Below the pieces are notes generated by a model. The model saw only the letters and a list, made by a program, of their open reading frames with translations, was not told the origin of the DNA and searched no databases. A program made the position numbers and the translations under genes. Source: Thermoplasmata archaeon (lineage in GTDB: Archaea; Thermoplasmatota; Thermoplasmata; Lutacidiplasmatales; UBA184). Taken from it: 45,865 nucleotides of DNA. Location of the stretch: contig JASHRQ010000144.1 in NCBI GenBank assembly GCA_030037265.1, positions 1 through 45,865 of the forward strand, read 5' to 3'. Position 1 is the stretch's first letter. Each line of letters starts with the position of its first letter. Below are positions 23,439-31,860 of this stretch, one piece after another.

Positions 23439-25190
23439 TCAGAACTCGGCTAGCCGTCGCTGGACGCGCTTCCGTTCCGTCCGCTCGGGGGACGGCTCCG
23501 GGGCCGCCGCCGGGGGCGGGGCCGGCTCGGCGGGCGGGCGGCCCGGCGCCTCTTCCGGCCCGCCGCCCGACGACTCGCCGGCCTCCTCGGTGGGCTCCGG
23601 GGCGGGCAGCAGCTCGACCACGGCCGGGTCGCCGGGCCCGGCGCGGGAGAGCAGCGCCACCTCCTCCGCGGAGAGCCCCAGGGCCGGGACGAGCCGGCCC
23701 AGGAGCGCCAGCCGCTCCTTCCGCTTCCCCTCGGGGACGGCCGGCCGGAAAACCGTCTCCAGGAACGGCCACCACGCCTCGACCGACTTCCGACGGGACG
23801 TGTGGAGCATGCGACCCGCCTTCGCGAGCACCGAGGCCCGCGTGGCGCGGAGGAGCCGCGTACGCCCCATCTCGGCGATCGCCTGCGGGAAGGCGACGGG
23901 CTCCGGCGGGACGCTGCCCGGGCCCGCGAGGGCGAGCCCCACGCCGCCCGTGAGCAGCTCCGACGCGTAGCTCCAGAGTCCGTACACCCGGTATCGACGC
24001 GCGCGGGAAAGGAGGAGGTCGCTTTCGGCCAGCCGGGAGAACCCGCGGAGCCGGGGGGCCGGGTCGCGCGTCGCCCGCGGGAGGTTCTCCTCGACCCACC
24101 CGATGAGGTCGTCCGGCGTCGCATCGAGCCGGTTCCGGATCTCCACCGACCGGTAGACGCGGGGATGCTCGAAGATCTCGTGCGTGATCTCGTAGAAGTC
24201 GGACGGCAGGTCGCGGGCGCCGAGGAGCGCGTCCTGCCCGGGCCCCGGCGGCACGGCCGAGAGCGCGTCCAGGTCGTTGAGCGCGGCGCGCAGATCTCCC
24301 TGGCTCCGACGGACCAGGGCGTCCAGCGCGGTCGTGGCGAGCGCGATGTGCTGCCCGAGCGCCACCCGACGGACCACGCCGCGCACGTCCTCCTCCCGGA
24401 GCGGATGGAACCGGATCCGGGTCGCCGCGAAGCGGAAGACCGGCGAGTACCGGGCGAGGGCCCGGGGGTCGTTGACCGTCAGCACGATCGGCTGCCGCGT
24501 GTCCCGCACCAGCTGCGCGATCGCGCCCAGCCCGCCCCGGTCGGTGAGATCCGGCCGGCTCCGGCTCTGCGACCAGTCCGCCGCATCCCGGGCCGCGGCC
24601 GGCAAGCGGAACGCGGCCCCCCGGGTGGAGGTGGCGGGCACCGCCTCCCAGCTCGCGAAGGGCGGCGGGGCGCCCGGCCGCCCGAGGCCCCACGCGGCCG
24701 CGAGCGCCTCGACGGACCCGTACCGGGCGCGTAGGAACTCGCGGAGGGAGGGCGTCGGGGCCGGGGCGGCGGCCGTCGCGTCCGTGTCCCGGGCGAACAG
24801 GCAGTCCGCCTCGTCGAGGAGGATGAGGAGATGGCGCCCGCGCCGGCCATCGAGCAGCTCGCCCGACTCCGAGAAGCCGTTCGACACCGCCGCCCGGCCG
24901 GCGACGCGCTCGATCGCCGCCCGGTTCCGGGCGTCGGAGGCGTTCATCTCAACGAGCCCCCACCCGAGGTCGCGCGCGAGCGCCTCCGCCGCGGTGGTCT
25001 TCCCGACGCCCGGGGGTCCCTCGAGGATCGCCGCCCGGAACCGGGGCCGCCGGCCCGGCTGCTGCCAGCCCTTCGCCCAGGACCGGAGCGCGTCGACCGC
25101 CTGCGGATTGCCGACGAGGTCGCGAAGGCTCGACGGACGGACCCGTTCGGCCAGCGTCCGGGGGTCGGGCGGCGGCGTGCGAGACGGCAC
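23439..25190 (-). CDS. rfcL: Replication factor C large subunit
   Basis: 583 aa (GTG start). 'RPSSLRDLVGNPQAVDALRSWAKGW', Walker A 'GPPGVGKTT', 'EMNASDARN', Walker B 'LILLDEAD', 'PIVLTVNDP'. C-terminus 'QRRLAEF'. Confidence 0.9.
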   Translation of the reverse strand: MPSRTPPPDPRTLAERVRPSSLRDLVGNPQAVDALRSWAKGWQQPGRRPRFRAAILEGPPGVGKTTAAEALARDLGWGLVEMNASDARNRAAIERVAGRAAVSNGFSESGELLDGRRGRHLLILLDEADCLFARDTDATAAAPAPTPSLREFLRARYGSVEALAAAWGLGRPGAPPPFASWEAVPATSTRGAAFRLPAAARDAADWSQSRSRPDLTDRGGLGAIAQLVRDTRQPIVLTVNDPRALARYSPVFRFAATRIRFHPLREEDVRGVVRRVALGQHIALATTALDALVRRSQGDLRAALNDLDALSAVPPGPGQDALLGARDLPSDFYEITHEIFEHPRVYRSVEIRNRLDATPDDLIGWVEENLPRATRDPAPRLRGFSRLAESDLLLSRARRYRVYGLWSYASELLTGGVGLALAGPGSVPPEPVAFPQAIAEMGRTRLLRATRASVLAKAGRMLHTSRRKSVEAWWPFLETVFRPAVPEGKRKERLALLGRLVPALGLSAEEVALLSRAGPGDPAVVELLPAPEPTEEAGESSGGGPEEAPGRPPAEPAPPPAAAPEPSPERTERKRVQRRLAEF

Positions 25191-25210
25191 GACCGGGCCA
25201 GGTCCCCGCG

Positions 25211-25220
25211 CGTTAAATGC
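25211..25220 (-). promoter_or_regulatory. TATA-like box, leaderless spacing to the rfcL start
   Basis: Minus-strand 'GCATTTAACG' centred about 25 nt upstream of the start codon at 25190, in the 68-nt gap after htrA. Confidence 0.45.
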
Positions 25221-25258
25221 GCGGCGCCCCGGCGCCCGGCGAGCGGACGGGCATCTCC

Positions 25259-26224
25259 TCAGCGCGGCGTCGGAAGCGTCTCCGGATTCTCCTCGAGCGG
25301 TACCGTCGTCGTCTGCGCGACCCCCCGTCGCCGGAAGGTGAGCGGGGCGTCCGCGCCGACCGGGAACCTCGACAGCGCTTCCAGCAGGTCCCGGACCCGC
25401 CGGACCTCGAACGGTCCGACCCGGACGATCACGTCCCCGGCCCGTAGCCCGGCGCGATGCGCGGGAGACCGCGGGACCGCCTCGGCCACGAGCAGGCCCG
25501 ACCCGGGTTCCAGGCCGTACTGCCGGGCCACGTCGGGCCGCAGCTCCACGACCGACACTCCGATCCAGGGCCGGACGACCCGGCCCTTCTGCCGGAGCTC
25601 GTCGGCGATCCGGCGCACCGCGTGGATCGGGATCGCGAACCCGACCCCCTGTGCGAACGGCACCATCGCGGTGTTGATCCCCACGACCGCCCCGGACAGG
25701 TCGGCGAGCGGGCCGCCGCTGTTCCCCGGATTGATCGCGGAGTCCGTCTGGATGAGACCCTCGAAGATGAAGTCGGAGCCGGGAAGCGGGCGACCTAGAG
25801 CGCTCACGAGCCCGAGGGAGACCGTCGGCCCTCCCGGGAGCCCGAGGGCATGGCCGACGGCCAGGACGAACTGGCCGACGCGGAGCTGTTCGGAGTCTCC
25901 GAGCGGCGCCGCGGACAACCCGGTCGCGTCGACCTTGACGAGCGCCACGTCGGTGACCGGGTCCCCTCCGACGACCTCCCCGTCGAGCTCCCGTCCGTCG
26001 GCGAGGTGGACCCGGAGCCGGGCAGCCTGCTCGACCACGTGCTGGTTCGTGATCAGGAGGCCGTCCGGGTCGATCACCGTCGCCGTCGCGGTCGCGGGAG
26101 CGCCGAACGGGCCGAGCCCGCGGCGTCGGCCGACCCGAAGGCTCTCCACGCTCGCCACGGCACGGCCGATGGAGTCCACCGCCGCGATGACCGAGTCCTC
26201 GAGCGGCGAGAGGGGGCTCACCAT
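25259..26224 (-). CDS. HtrA/DegP-family serine protease with one PDZ domain, no signal peptide
   Basis: 321 aa from the internal ATG 'MVSPLSPLEDS...' of track ORF 25259..27427. GGAGGAGG lies about 9 nt upstream. Triad contexts 'TNQHVV', 'DVALVKV', 'GNSGGPL'. PDZ 'AHRAGLRAGDVIV'. Confidence 0.9.
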   Translation of the reverse strand: MVSPLSPLEDSVIAAVDSIGRAVASVESLRVGRRRGLGPFGAPATATATVIDPDGLLITNQHVVEQAARLRVHLADGRELDGEVVGGDPVTDVALVKVDATGLSAAPLGDSEQLRVGQFVLAVGHALGLPGGPTVSLGLVSALGRPLPGSDFIFEGLIQTDSAINPGNSGGPLADLSGAVVGINTAMVPFAQGVGFAIPIHAVRRIADELRQKGRVVRPWIGVSVVELRPDVARQYGLEPGSGLLVAEAVPRSPAHRAGLRAGDVIVRVGPFEVRRVRDLLEALSRFPVGADAPLTFRRRGVAQTTTVPLEENPETLPTPR

Positions 26225-26372
26225 GGTCGCGCGCCTCCTCCCGTGGAGGGAGTGCGCGCGGTCGATGGGATCCGGGGGCCTAGCCGCAGCCCGCCGGGGG
26301 CCGGCGGGCGCGGCGACGGGCCGACCGGTGGGAGCGGAATCGGTTCGAGGGGAAAGGGCAGCTCCACCGACC

Positions 26373-26630
26373 TCACTCCGACAGCAGCGCGTCGAGCCGC
26401 GCCCTGAGCCGGCGCACGGCGGGCGAGTCCCGCCGGTCGCTCTCCCATCGGGCGCTGACGAGCTCCGCGAGGATGTCCGCCACCCGGTCCATCCACGGGC
26501 CTTCCTGCTTCTCGAACCGGGCGCGGAGCTTCTCTCGGAGCAGCTCGTGGTACGCCCGGTACGCCGTCCACATCCACGGCCCCAGTCGCTCGGCGTGCGC
26601 GCCGTCGGGGGCCCCCGTTTTCTTTGCCAT
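26373..26630 (-). CDS. Small helical hypothetical protein with repeated GPWM motif
   Basis: 85 aa. ATG preceded by AGGTGG 6 nt upstream. High GC3. 'GPWMWTAYRAYHELL' and 'GPWMDRVADILAEL' lie about 30 residues apart. Same strand as htrA, 148 nt upstream of it. Confidence 0.5.
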   Translation of the reverse strand: MAKKTGAPDGAHAERLGPWMWTAYRAYHELLREKLRARFEKQEGPWMDRVADILAELVSARWESDRRDSPAVRRLRARLDALLSE

Positions 26631-26788
26631 CTCGAACCACCTGGAACGTCGATTCCGGTGAAGGCACGGCGAGGGTAGGGGATATTGAGCGGGTGGCCAG
26701 AGGGCCGGTCACACCCCCGGGACCGACGGCGAAGGGGTCCCCGCCCGACCCCGCGGGGCGCCCCCGATGGTGCCCACGCCACCGACCG

Positions 26789-26796
26789 CCTAAATG
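26789..26796 (+). promoter_or_regulatory. TATA-like box, leaderless spacing to ATG 26819
   Basis: 'CCTAAATG' centred about 26 nt upstream of ATG 26819. This supports 26819 rather than the track start 26624. Confidence 0.4.
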
Positions 26797-26818
26797 CGGT
26801 CGGTCCCGTGCCACGCGC

Positions 26819-27418
26819 ATGGCAGGCCCCCCGAGCGACGGTACGGACGGCGGGATGGGCCGGCTCGACGACCGGATCCTCGGGGCCCTCCAGGGGCTCC
26901 CGGGCCGCATCGCGTTCAACGGGCTCCGCCGGGTGCTCGGAGCCCATCCCGAATCGCTCGCCCGGGCGTTGCGGCGGCTCGAGCGCGAGGGGCGCGTGGA
27001 GCGGACGGTCGGCGGCTACCGAGCGAGGTTCTCCGGAGCCTCGGTCCCGGCGTCGGGGGACCCCCTGCGCCAGATCGCCCGGCTCCGCCTGCCGGCGGGG
27101 GTGGACCCGGCGGCGCTCTCCGCCCAGCTCACGGGGCGGTGGTTCGGATCGCTGCGGTGGGTCGGGGTGATCGAGCGACCGGGCCGACGGTGGCTCACGT
27201 GGGCGGAGCGGGACGGGTCGAACCCCGTGCTCCTGTCGATCGACCACGGCGCGATGCGGGTCGCCGCGCCGGTGGCTGCCGACGGTTCCGACCCGAACGA
27301 CAGCGCCGAGCCCGCGTACGAGCTCCTCGTGCGCGCGATGGAGGCGGTGAGGCCTTCGGTCCGGGCCGCGGACGCGGGCGGCGGGCCCTCGACGCCCGCG
27401 TGGAGCCCCGAGAATTAG
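26819..27418 (+). CDS. Winged-HTH protein with uncharacterised C-terminal domain
   Basis: Internal ATG of track ORF 26624..27418 (alternative ATG at 26855). 'LDDRILGALQGLPGRIAFNGLRRVLGAHPESLARALRRLEREGRVER' is wHTH-like. The C-terminal roughly 110 aa is unassigned. Confidence 0.6.
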   Translation: MAGPPSDGTDGGMGRLDDRILGALQGLPGRIAFNGLRRVLGAHPESLARALRRLEREGRVERTVGGYRARFSGASVPASGDPLRQIARLRLPAGVDPAALSAQLTGRWFGSLRWVGVIERPGRRWLTWAERDGSNPVLLSIDHGAMRVAAPVAADGSDPNDSAEPAYELLVRAMEAVRPSVRAADAGGGPSTPAWSPEN

Positions 27419-27430
27419 GCGACCCACCCC

Positions 27431-27457
27431 TTTTTATCCACCGCCATCGGATAATCG
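27431..27457 (+). promoter_or_regulatory. A/T-rich promoter-like patch upstream of the STAND ATPase gene
   Basis: 'TTTTTATC' (27431-27438) and 'GGATAATC' (27449-27456). The latter is centred about 29 nt before ATG 27482. Confidence 0.4.
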
Positions 27458-27481
27458 ACCGGTCCGGGGGCGAACGCAAGG

Positions 27482-29956
27482 ATGGACAGCACGGCTCGTC
27501 CTCCCGCGGACCCGCATCCGCCGATCGGGCGGCCGGAAGTCGTCTCGGCGATTGACGAGGCATTGACCTCCGGCGCGGCGGGGCGCGGGTCCCTCCTGCT
27601 GCTGGTCGGAGAGGAAGGCGTCGGCAAGTCGACGTTCCTCGACCTCGCCGTTCGTCGGGGGGCCGAGCGGGGATTCCGCACGGCGCTGGCGCGCGCCCTT
27701 CCGCACGAGTTCCCGCAGCCGTTCGCGATGGTGCAGGAGCTGCTCGGGGAGTTCCGGGAAGGGGAGCGGGGCGGGACGGACGAGGACCCGGGCTCGTTCT
27801 CTCTCCTGCTCGCGCCGCTCGAGCGAGGACCGCGCCCCGCGGAAGACTCCGCGGACGGCGCCGGACCGGGCCGCGGCCCGGACCCCCCGCGCCTCCTGTC
27901 CGCCCTCAGCGAACTTCCGCGCCGGAGCGGGAGGAACCGGTTCCTCGTCCTCGACCGCGTGATCGAGGACCTGACCCGCCTGGCGGCCCGCCAGCCGATT
28001 CTGCTCGCGATCGACGACCTCCAGTTCGCCGACGACTCCTCGGTGGAGTTCGTCGAGCAGATCGCCCATCGCGTCGAGGGAAAGCCGATCGTGCTCGTCG
28101 CGACGCTGTTCCCGCCGCCGCACACGCCCGTGCGGCTCCAGCGATGCCTTGCGTCGCTGCAGCCGCTCCCGATCGCCCGGTGGCAGCCGATCCGCCCTCT
28201 CTCGTCGGCCGAGGTTGGCGACTACGTCTCGGCGCTGCGGGGCGGCGGACCGGTATCGCCCGACGAGGTGCTCGCCTGGCACCGGCGCACCGGGGGGAAC
28301 CCGCTCGTCGTGGAGCAGTTCCTGCGGGGACCGCCGCTCGCGGGCGCTCCGGCGGGCCAGGGCCCGCCGGAGGAGCTTCCGCTCATCGACGTGGACCGGG
28401 CCCGCATCGCGCGGCTCCCCGAACCGGCGCTGCGGGCGCTCTGCTACGCCGCCGTGGTGGGTAAGCGGTTCGACCTCGAGGTGCTGGGGCGCGCGCTGGG
28501 CCGGGAGACGGAGGACGTCTCGGCCGCGGTCGACGCCCTCGTCGCCGCCGGCCTCGTCCGGGAGGGGCGGCCCGGTACGTTCGAGTTCGTGCGCGAGTCG
28601 CTGCGGCGGGAGCAGTACGCCGGTCTCACCGAGAGCCGGCGGAGGATCCTCCACCGGAACATCGCGGAGGCGCTCGAGGAGCGTCGCTCGGCACCGCCCG
28701 CGGTGTTCGAGCTCGCGCGGCACTCCTACCTCGCGCGCGACTGGGCCCGGGCCGTCGACTACTCGCGGCGGGCGGCCGACCTGTCGACCGCGGCGTTCGC
28801 GTACCCGGAGGCGCGGCTGCATCTGGAGCGGGCGCTCGAGAGCGCCCGCAACCTCGCGAGCCGCGACCCGCTCGAGGAGTGGCGGATCGAGGTCGAGCTC
28901 GGCCGGGTGCTGGACGCGATGGGCGAGCTCCGCCCCGCGGTCGACGTCCTGTCGGCCGCGGTCGACTCCGCCCGCGCGGACGATCGGATCGCGCCGGAGC
29001 TCGCCATCGCGACGCTCTGGCTCGCGACCGCCCACGGCCACCTCTGGGAGCACGAGCGGGCCCGGGCGCTCGCGCAGGAGTCGCTCGCGCAGTTCGACCG
29101 GCTGGGGAACGACGCGGGCCGGGCGGCCGCGCACCGCGTGATCGGGCTCTCCGACTGGGACACCGGGCACTTCGCCGAGGGGGAGCTGCACCACCGGCAG
29201 GCGGCCGAGATCGCGGCGCGCCTGGGGGACACCCACCTGGAGGCGCACGCGCTCATCGACCTCGCGAACCTCCTGATCTTCCGGGGACCTCCGGTCGCCG
29301 AGCAGGCGCTGGCGCTCTACGACCGCGCCGAGGCGCTCCTCCGCCCGACGCACGACGCCTCCTCGCTCGCCCGGGTCGCGATGAACCGGGCGGTGCTCCT
29401 GAACAGCCTGGGCCGGCGGGCGGAGGCGCTCCGCTCGATCGACGAGGCGGAACGGCACGCGGAGGCGTCCCGCTCGCTGCTCTGGCGCGTGTACACCGCG
29501 CTCAACGAGGCGACCTTCCGCGCCGAGGCGGGCGAGTCCGTGCGCGTCCGGCAGCTCGTCGAGCGGGCGCGCGAGCTCAACCACCGGCTCCGCGACCGCC
29601 TGAGCGACGAGCAGATCGCGGTGGTCGAGGGGATCGTGCTCGAGAACGAGAGCGACCCCGCGCGCGCCCGGGACCGGTACCTCGAGGCGCTCCGCCTCGC
29701 GGAGGAGCTCGACATGGTCCCGGACGTGCTCGAGGTGCGGCTGCGGCTCGCGCGCCTCGCCTGGTCGCAGCGCGACCTCGAGGAAGCCCGGAGCCAGCTC
29801 CAGCGCGCGCTCGACGACGGGATCGACACGGTGCGGGCGGACCTGCGGGGCCCGACGGAGCAGCTCCTCACGTCGCTCGCGGCGGCCGGCGTCTCGGTCC
29901 GCCGGGGCGCGCCCGGCGCGGCCGGAACCTCGCCAGGGAGAACGGCCGCCGGTTGA
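27482..29956 (+). CDS. STAND-type P-loop NTPase (AAA_16-like) with long C-terminal TPR-like array, no HTH or effector domain
   Basis: 824 aa. 'IGRPEVVSAIDEAL...GRGSLLLLVGEEGVGKSTFL' (Walker A), 'ILLAIDDLQFAD' (Walker B), 'WHRRTGGNPLVVEQ'. Residues from about 400 to 800 are Ala/Leu/Arg-rich helical repeats ('...ALALYDRAEALL...', '...EALRSIDEAERHAE...'). Confidence 0.8.
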   Translation: MDSTARPPADPHPPIGRPEVVSAIDEALTSGAAGRGSLLLLVGEEGVGKSTFLDLAVRRGAERGFRTALARALPHEFPQPFAMVQELLGEFREGERGGTDEDPGSFSLLLAPLERGPRPAEDSADGAGPGRGPDPPRLLSALSELPRRSGRNRFLVLDRVIEDLTRLAARQPILLAIDDLQFADDSSVEFVEQIAHRVEGKPIVLVATLFPPPHTPVRLQRCLASLQPLPIARWQPIRPLSSAEVGDYVSALRGGGPVSPDEVLAWHRRTGGNPLVVEQFLRGPPLAGAPAGQGPPEELPLIDVDRARIARLPEPALRALCYAAVVGKRFDLEVLGRALGRETEDVSAAVDALVAAGLVREGRPGTFEFVRESLRREQYAGLTESRRRILHRNIAEALEERRSAPPAVFELARHSYLARDWARAVDYSRRAADLSTAAFAYPEARLHLERALESARNLASRDPLEEWRIEVELGRVLDAMGELRPAVDVLSAAVDSARADDRIAPELAIATLWLATAHGHLWEHERARALAQESLAQFDRLGNDAGRAAAHRVIGLSDWDTGHFAEGELHHRQAAEIAARLGDTHLEAHALIDLANLLIFRGPPVAEQALALYDRAEALLRPTHDASSLARVAMNRAVLLNSLGRRAEALRSIDEAERHAEASRSLLWRVYTALNEATFRAEAGESVRVRQLVERARELNHRLRDRLSDEQIAVVEGIVLENESDPARARDRYLEALRLAEELDMVPDVLEVRLRLARLAWSQRDLEEARSQLQRALDDGIDTVRADLRGPTEQLLTSLAAAGVSVRRGAPGAAGTSPGRTAAG

Positions 29957-31052
29957 GGCGCGTCCGGCCGTCGACGACCAGCTCCGCGATGGCTTCCCCG
30001 ATGACGCTCGCGAACTTGAAGCCGTGGCCGGAGCACGGGCTCGCGACCACGACGCGCGCTCGCCCCGGGAGCCGGTCGAGGACGAAGTCCCGGTCCGGCG
30101 TGTGGGTGAACAGGCACGTGGTCTCGGAGCGGATCGGTCCCGCGGCGTCGGGGAAGCGCTGGCGCACGAACCGGACCACGCCGTCCCGCTCCCGGCGGGC
30201 GATCGTGCGGGGGACGCGGTCCGCGCTCGCGACCGGATGGCCGGAGAAGCCCGCGAACTTGGGGCCGTCGCCGAAGTCGGGCGTGCCGTAGAAGTACCGG
30301 TCGGGTCCGCCGCCCGCGTCCCAGGTGAATCCGGGCATCCGTTCCGGGGCGAACTCCATCTCGTTCCGCCGCGGCTCGAACCAGAAGACCGACTGGCGCT
30401 CGACGAGCGGGTGGAACGGGAGGGACGGGACGAGGTGGCCCACCCAGGCGCCGGCGGCGATCACGAGCTGGTCGGCCCGGTAGTCGCCGCGCGAGGTCTC
30501 CACCGTCACCCCGTCGGCGTCGGCGCTCCACGCCCGGACGCGCTCGTTGAAGTTCCAGCGGGCCCCGCGCTCCTCGGCGACCCGAGCGTGGGCGGCCAGG
30601 CAGCGTTCCGGGAACAGCACGCCGCCGCCGGGGTCGAACACCGCGCGCGTCCCGTCGGCGGGGTGGAACGCGGGAAAGCGTTCGCGTACCTGCGCGGCCG
30701 TCAGCCGCGCGTGCGGGACCCGTCGGCGACGGGCGGAGGCGAGCGCCCGGTCGAGCTGGTCGCCGGAGGGACCCCCGAGCTGGAGGATTCCCGTGGGGCG
30801 GAACAGCTCCCGGTGCGTCTCCGCCTCGAGCGCCTGCCAGAGCTCCCGCGCCCGGAGGACCCACGGGACGTACTGGGGGCCTTCCGCGTAGACCGTCCGG
30901 AGCAGCCGCGTTCGCCCGTGGGACGACCCGTGCGCATGGTTGAGGGAGAACTGCTCGACCCCGAGCGCCCGGACCCCCCGACGGGCCAGGTGGGCCAGGG
31001 CCGAGGTTCCCATGGCGCCCGCGCCCACGACGATCGCCTCCCACCGCTCCAT
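29868..31052 (-). CDS. FAD-dependent monomeric sarcosine oxidase / N-methyltryptophan oxidase family protein
   Basis: 394 aa. 'AIVVGAGAMGTSALAHLARRG' dinucleotide fold, 'SPCSGHGFKFASVIGE'. The low-complexity C-terminal tail overlaps the 3' end of the convergent STAND gene. Confidence 0.85.
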   Translation of the reverse strand: MERWEAIVVGAGAMGTSALAHLARRGVRALGVEQFSLNHAHGSSHGRTRLLRTVYAEGPQYVPWVLRARELWQALEAETHRELFRPTGILQLGGPSGDQLDRALASARRRRVPHARLTAAQVRERFPAFHPADGTRAVFDPGGGVLFPERCLAAHARVAEERGARWNFNERVRAWSADADGVTVETSRGDYRADQLVIAAGAWVGHLVPSLPFHPLVERQSVFWFEPRRNEMEFAPERMPGFTWDAGGGPDRYFYGTPDFGDGPKFAGFSGHPVASADRVPRTIARRERDGVVRFVRQRFPDAAGPIRSETTCLFTHTPDRDFVLDRLPGRARVVVASPCSGHGFKFASVIGEAIAELVVDGRTRLNRRPFSLARFRPRRARPGGPRRRPPRAT

Positions 31053-31136
31053 GGGGTTCCGTCCCTCCGCGTGGACGCCGCCAGCCCGGAGAGGTTAAAG
31101 ACCGACCGGTCTCGCTGCGCTCGGCCGAGGTGCTCC

Positions 31137-31793
31137 GTGGTGCCTTCGTACGCCAACGACGTCCGCACCGAGCGGAAGCTCAAGGACCGGTTCATGGCGA
31201 CGCATCCGGAGTCGCCGTTCGTCGATGCCCGGGTGCCCGGGTTCACCGGGCTGCACTACTTCCCCTACGCCCCGAGGTTCCGGGTCACGGCGCTCCTCGA
31301 GCGCCTGGACTCGCCACGGGCCGCGTACCTCCGGACGAACCGGGACAACGAGGCGGAGATGCGGTACGTGGGGGACCTCCGGTTCACGCTGCTCGACCGC
31401 CCGCTCCGGCTCCGCGTCTTCCACGCGATCGGCTCCGCGTCCGCCTCGGTGTTCGTCCCGTTCCGGGACCTGACCTCCGGGCGGGAGACGTACGGCCCGG
31501 GTCGGTACCTCACGATCGACCTCACCGAGTCGGACGAGTACGACCTCGACTTCAACCGGGCCTTCAACCCGTACTCCGCCTACACCGACGCGTTCGAGTG
31601 CGGGTTCCCGCCCCCGGAGAACGACCTGCCCGTCCGCGTGCTCGCGGGGGAGAGGGTGTGGAGCGGCGAGCGCAACCCGGCGACCCCCGAGACCGCGGTG
31701 CGGGAAATGACCGAACGCGCGCTGCGACGGACGGCGAAGCCGGAGCCGCGGTCGCCGCCGCGTCCCCGTCGACGCCGTCGGGCGGCTCGGTAG
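31137..31793 (+). CDS. DUF1684 family protein
   Basis: Track ORF 30024..31793 is mostly antisense shadow. The family N-terminus 'YANDVRTERKLKDRFMATHPESPF' argues for GTG 31137/31140 (ATG 31194 is the minimum). 'GRETYGPGRYL' and 'DFNRAFNPYSAY' are present. Confidence 0.75.
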   Translation: MVPSYANDVRTERKLKDRFMATHPESPFVDARVPGFTGLHYFPYAPRFRVTALLERLDSPRAAYLRTNRDNEAEMRYVGDLRFTLLDRPLRLRVFHAIGSASASVFVPFRDLTSGRETYGPGRYLTIDLTESDEYDLDFNRAFNPYSAYTDAFECGFPPPENDLPVRVLAGERVWSGERNPATPETAVREMTERALRRTAKPEPRSPPRPRRRRRAAR

Positions 31794-31831
31794 GCGACCG
31801 GCCCTCCGCCGGTCCGTCGGGCGGGCTCGGC

Positions 31832-31839
31832 GTTAAGGG
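31832..31839 (+). promoter_or_regulatory. TATA-like box, leaderless spacing to the osmC ATG
   Basis: 'GTTAAGGG' centred about 26 nt upstream of ATG 31861. Confidence 0.35.
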
Positions 31840-31860
31840 TCCGAGCCGCTCCCACGCCCG

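Noticed and set aside
24546-24794. Intein in RFC-L, as an explanation for the insertion.
   Set aside because: About 80 residues is too short for an intein. There is no Cys/Ser at the N-terminal junction and no His-Asn plus Cys/Ser/Thr at the C-terminal junction.
26819-29956. Antiviral STAND (Avs-like) defence system or defence island.
   Set aside because: There is no nuclease, protease, TIR, SIR2 or transmembrane effector domain. No neighbouring restriction, CRISPR, toxin-antitoxin or mobile-element genes occur, and no compositional anomaly is visible.
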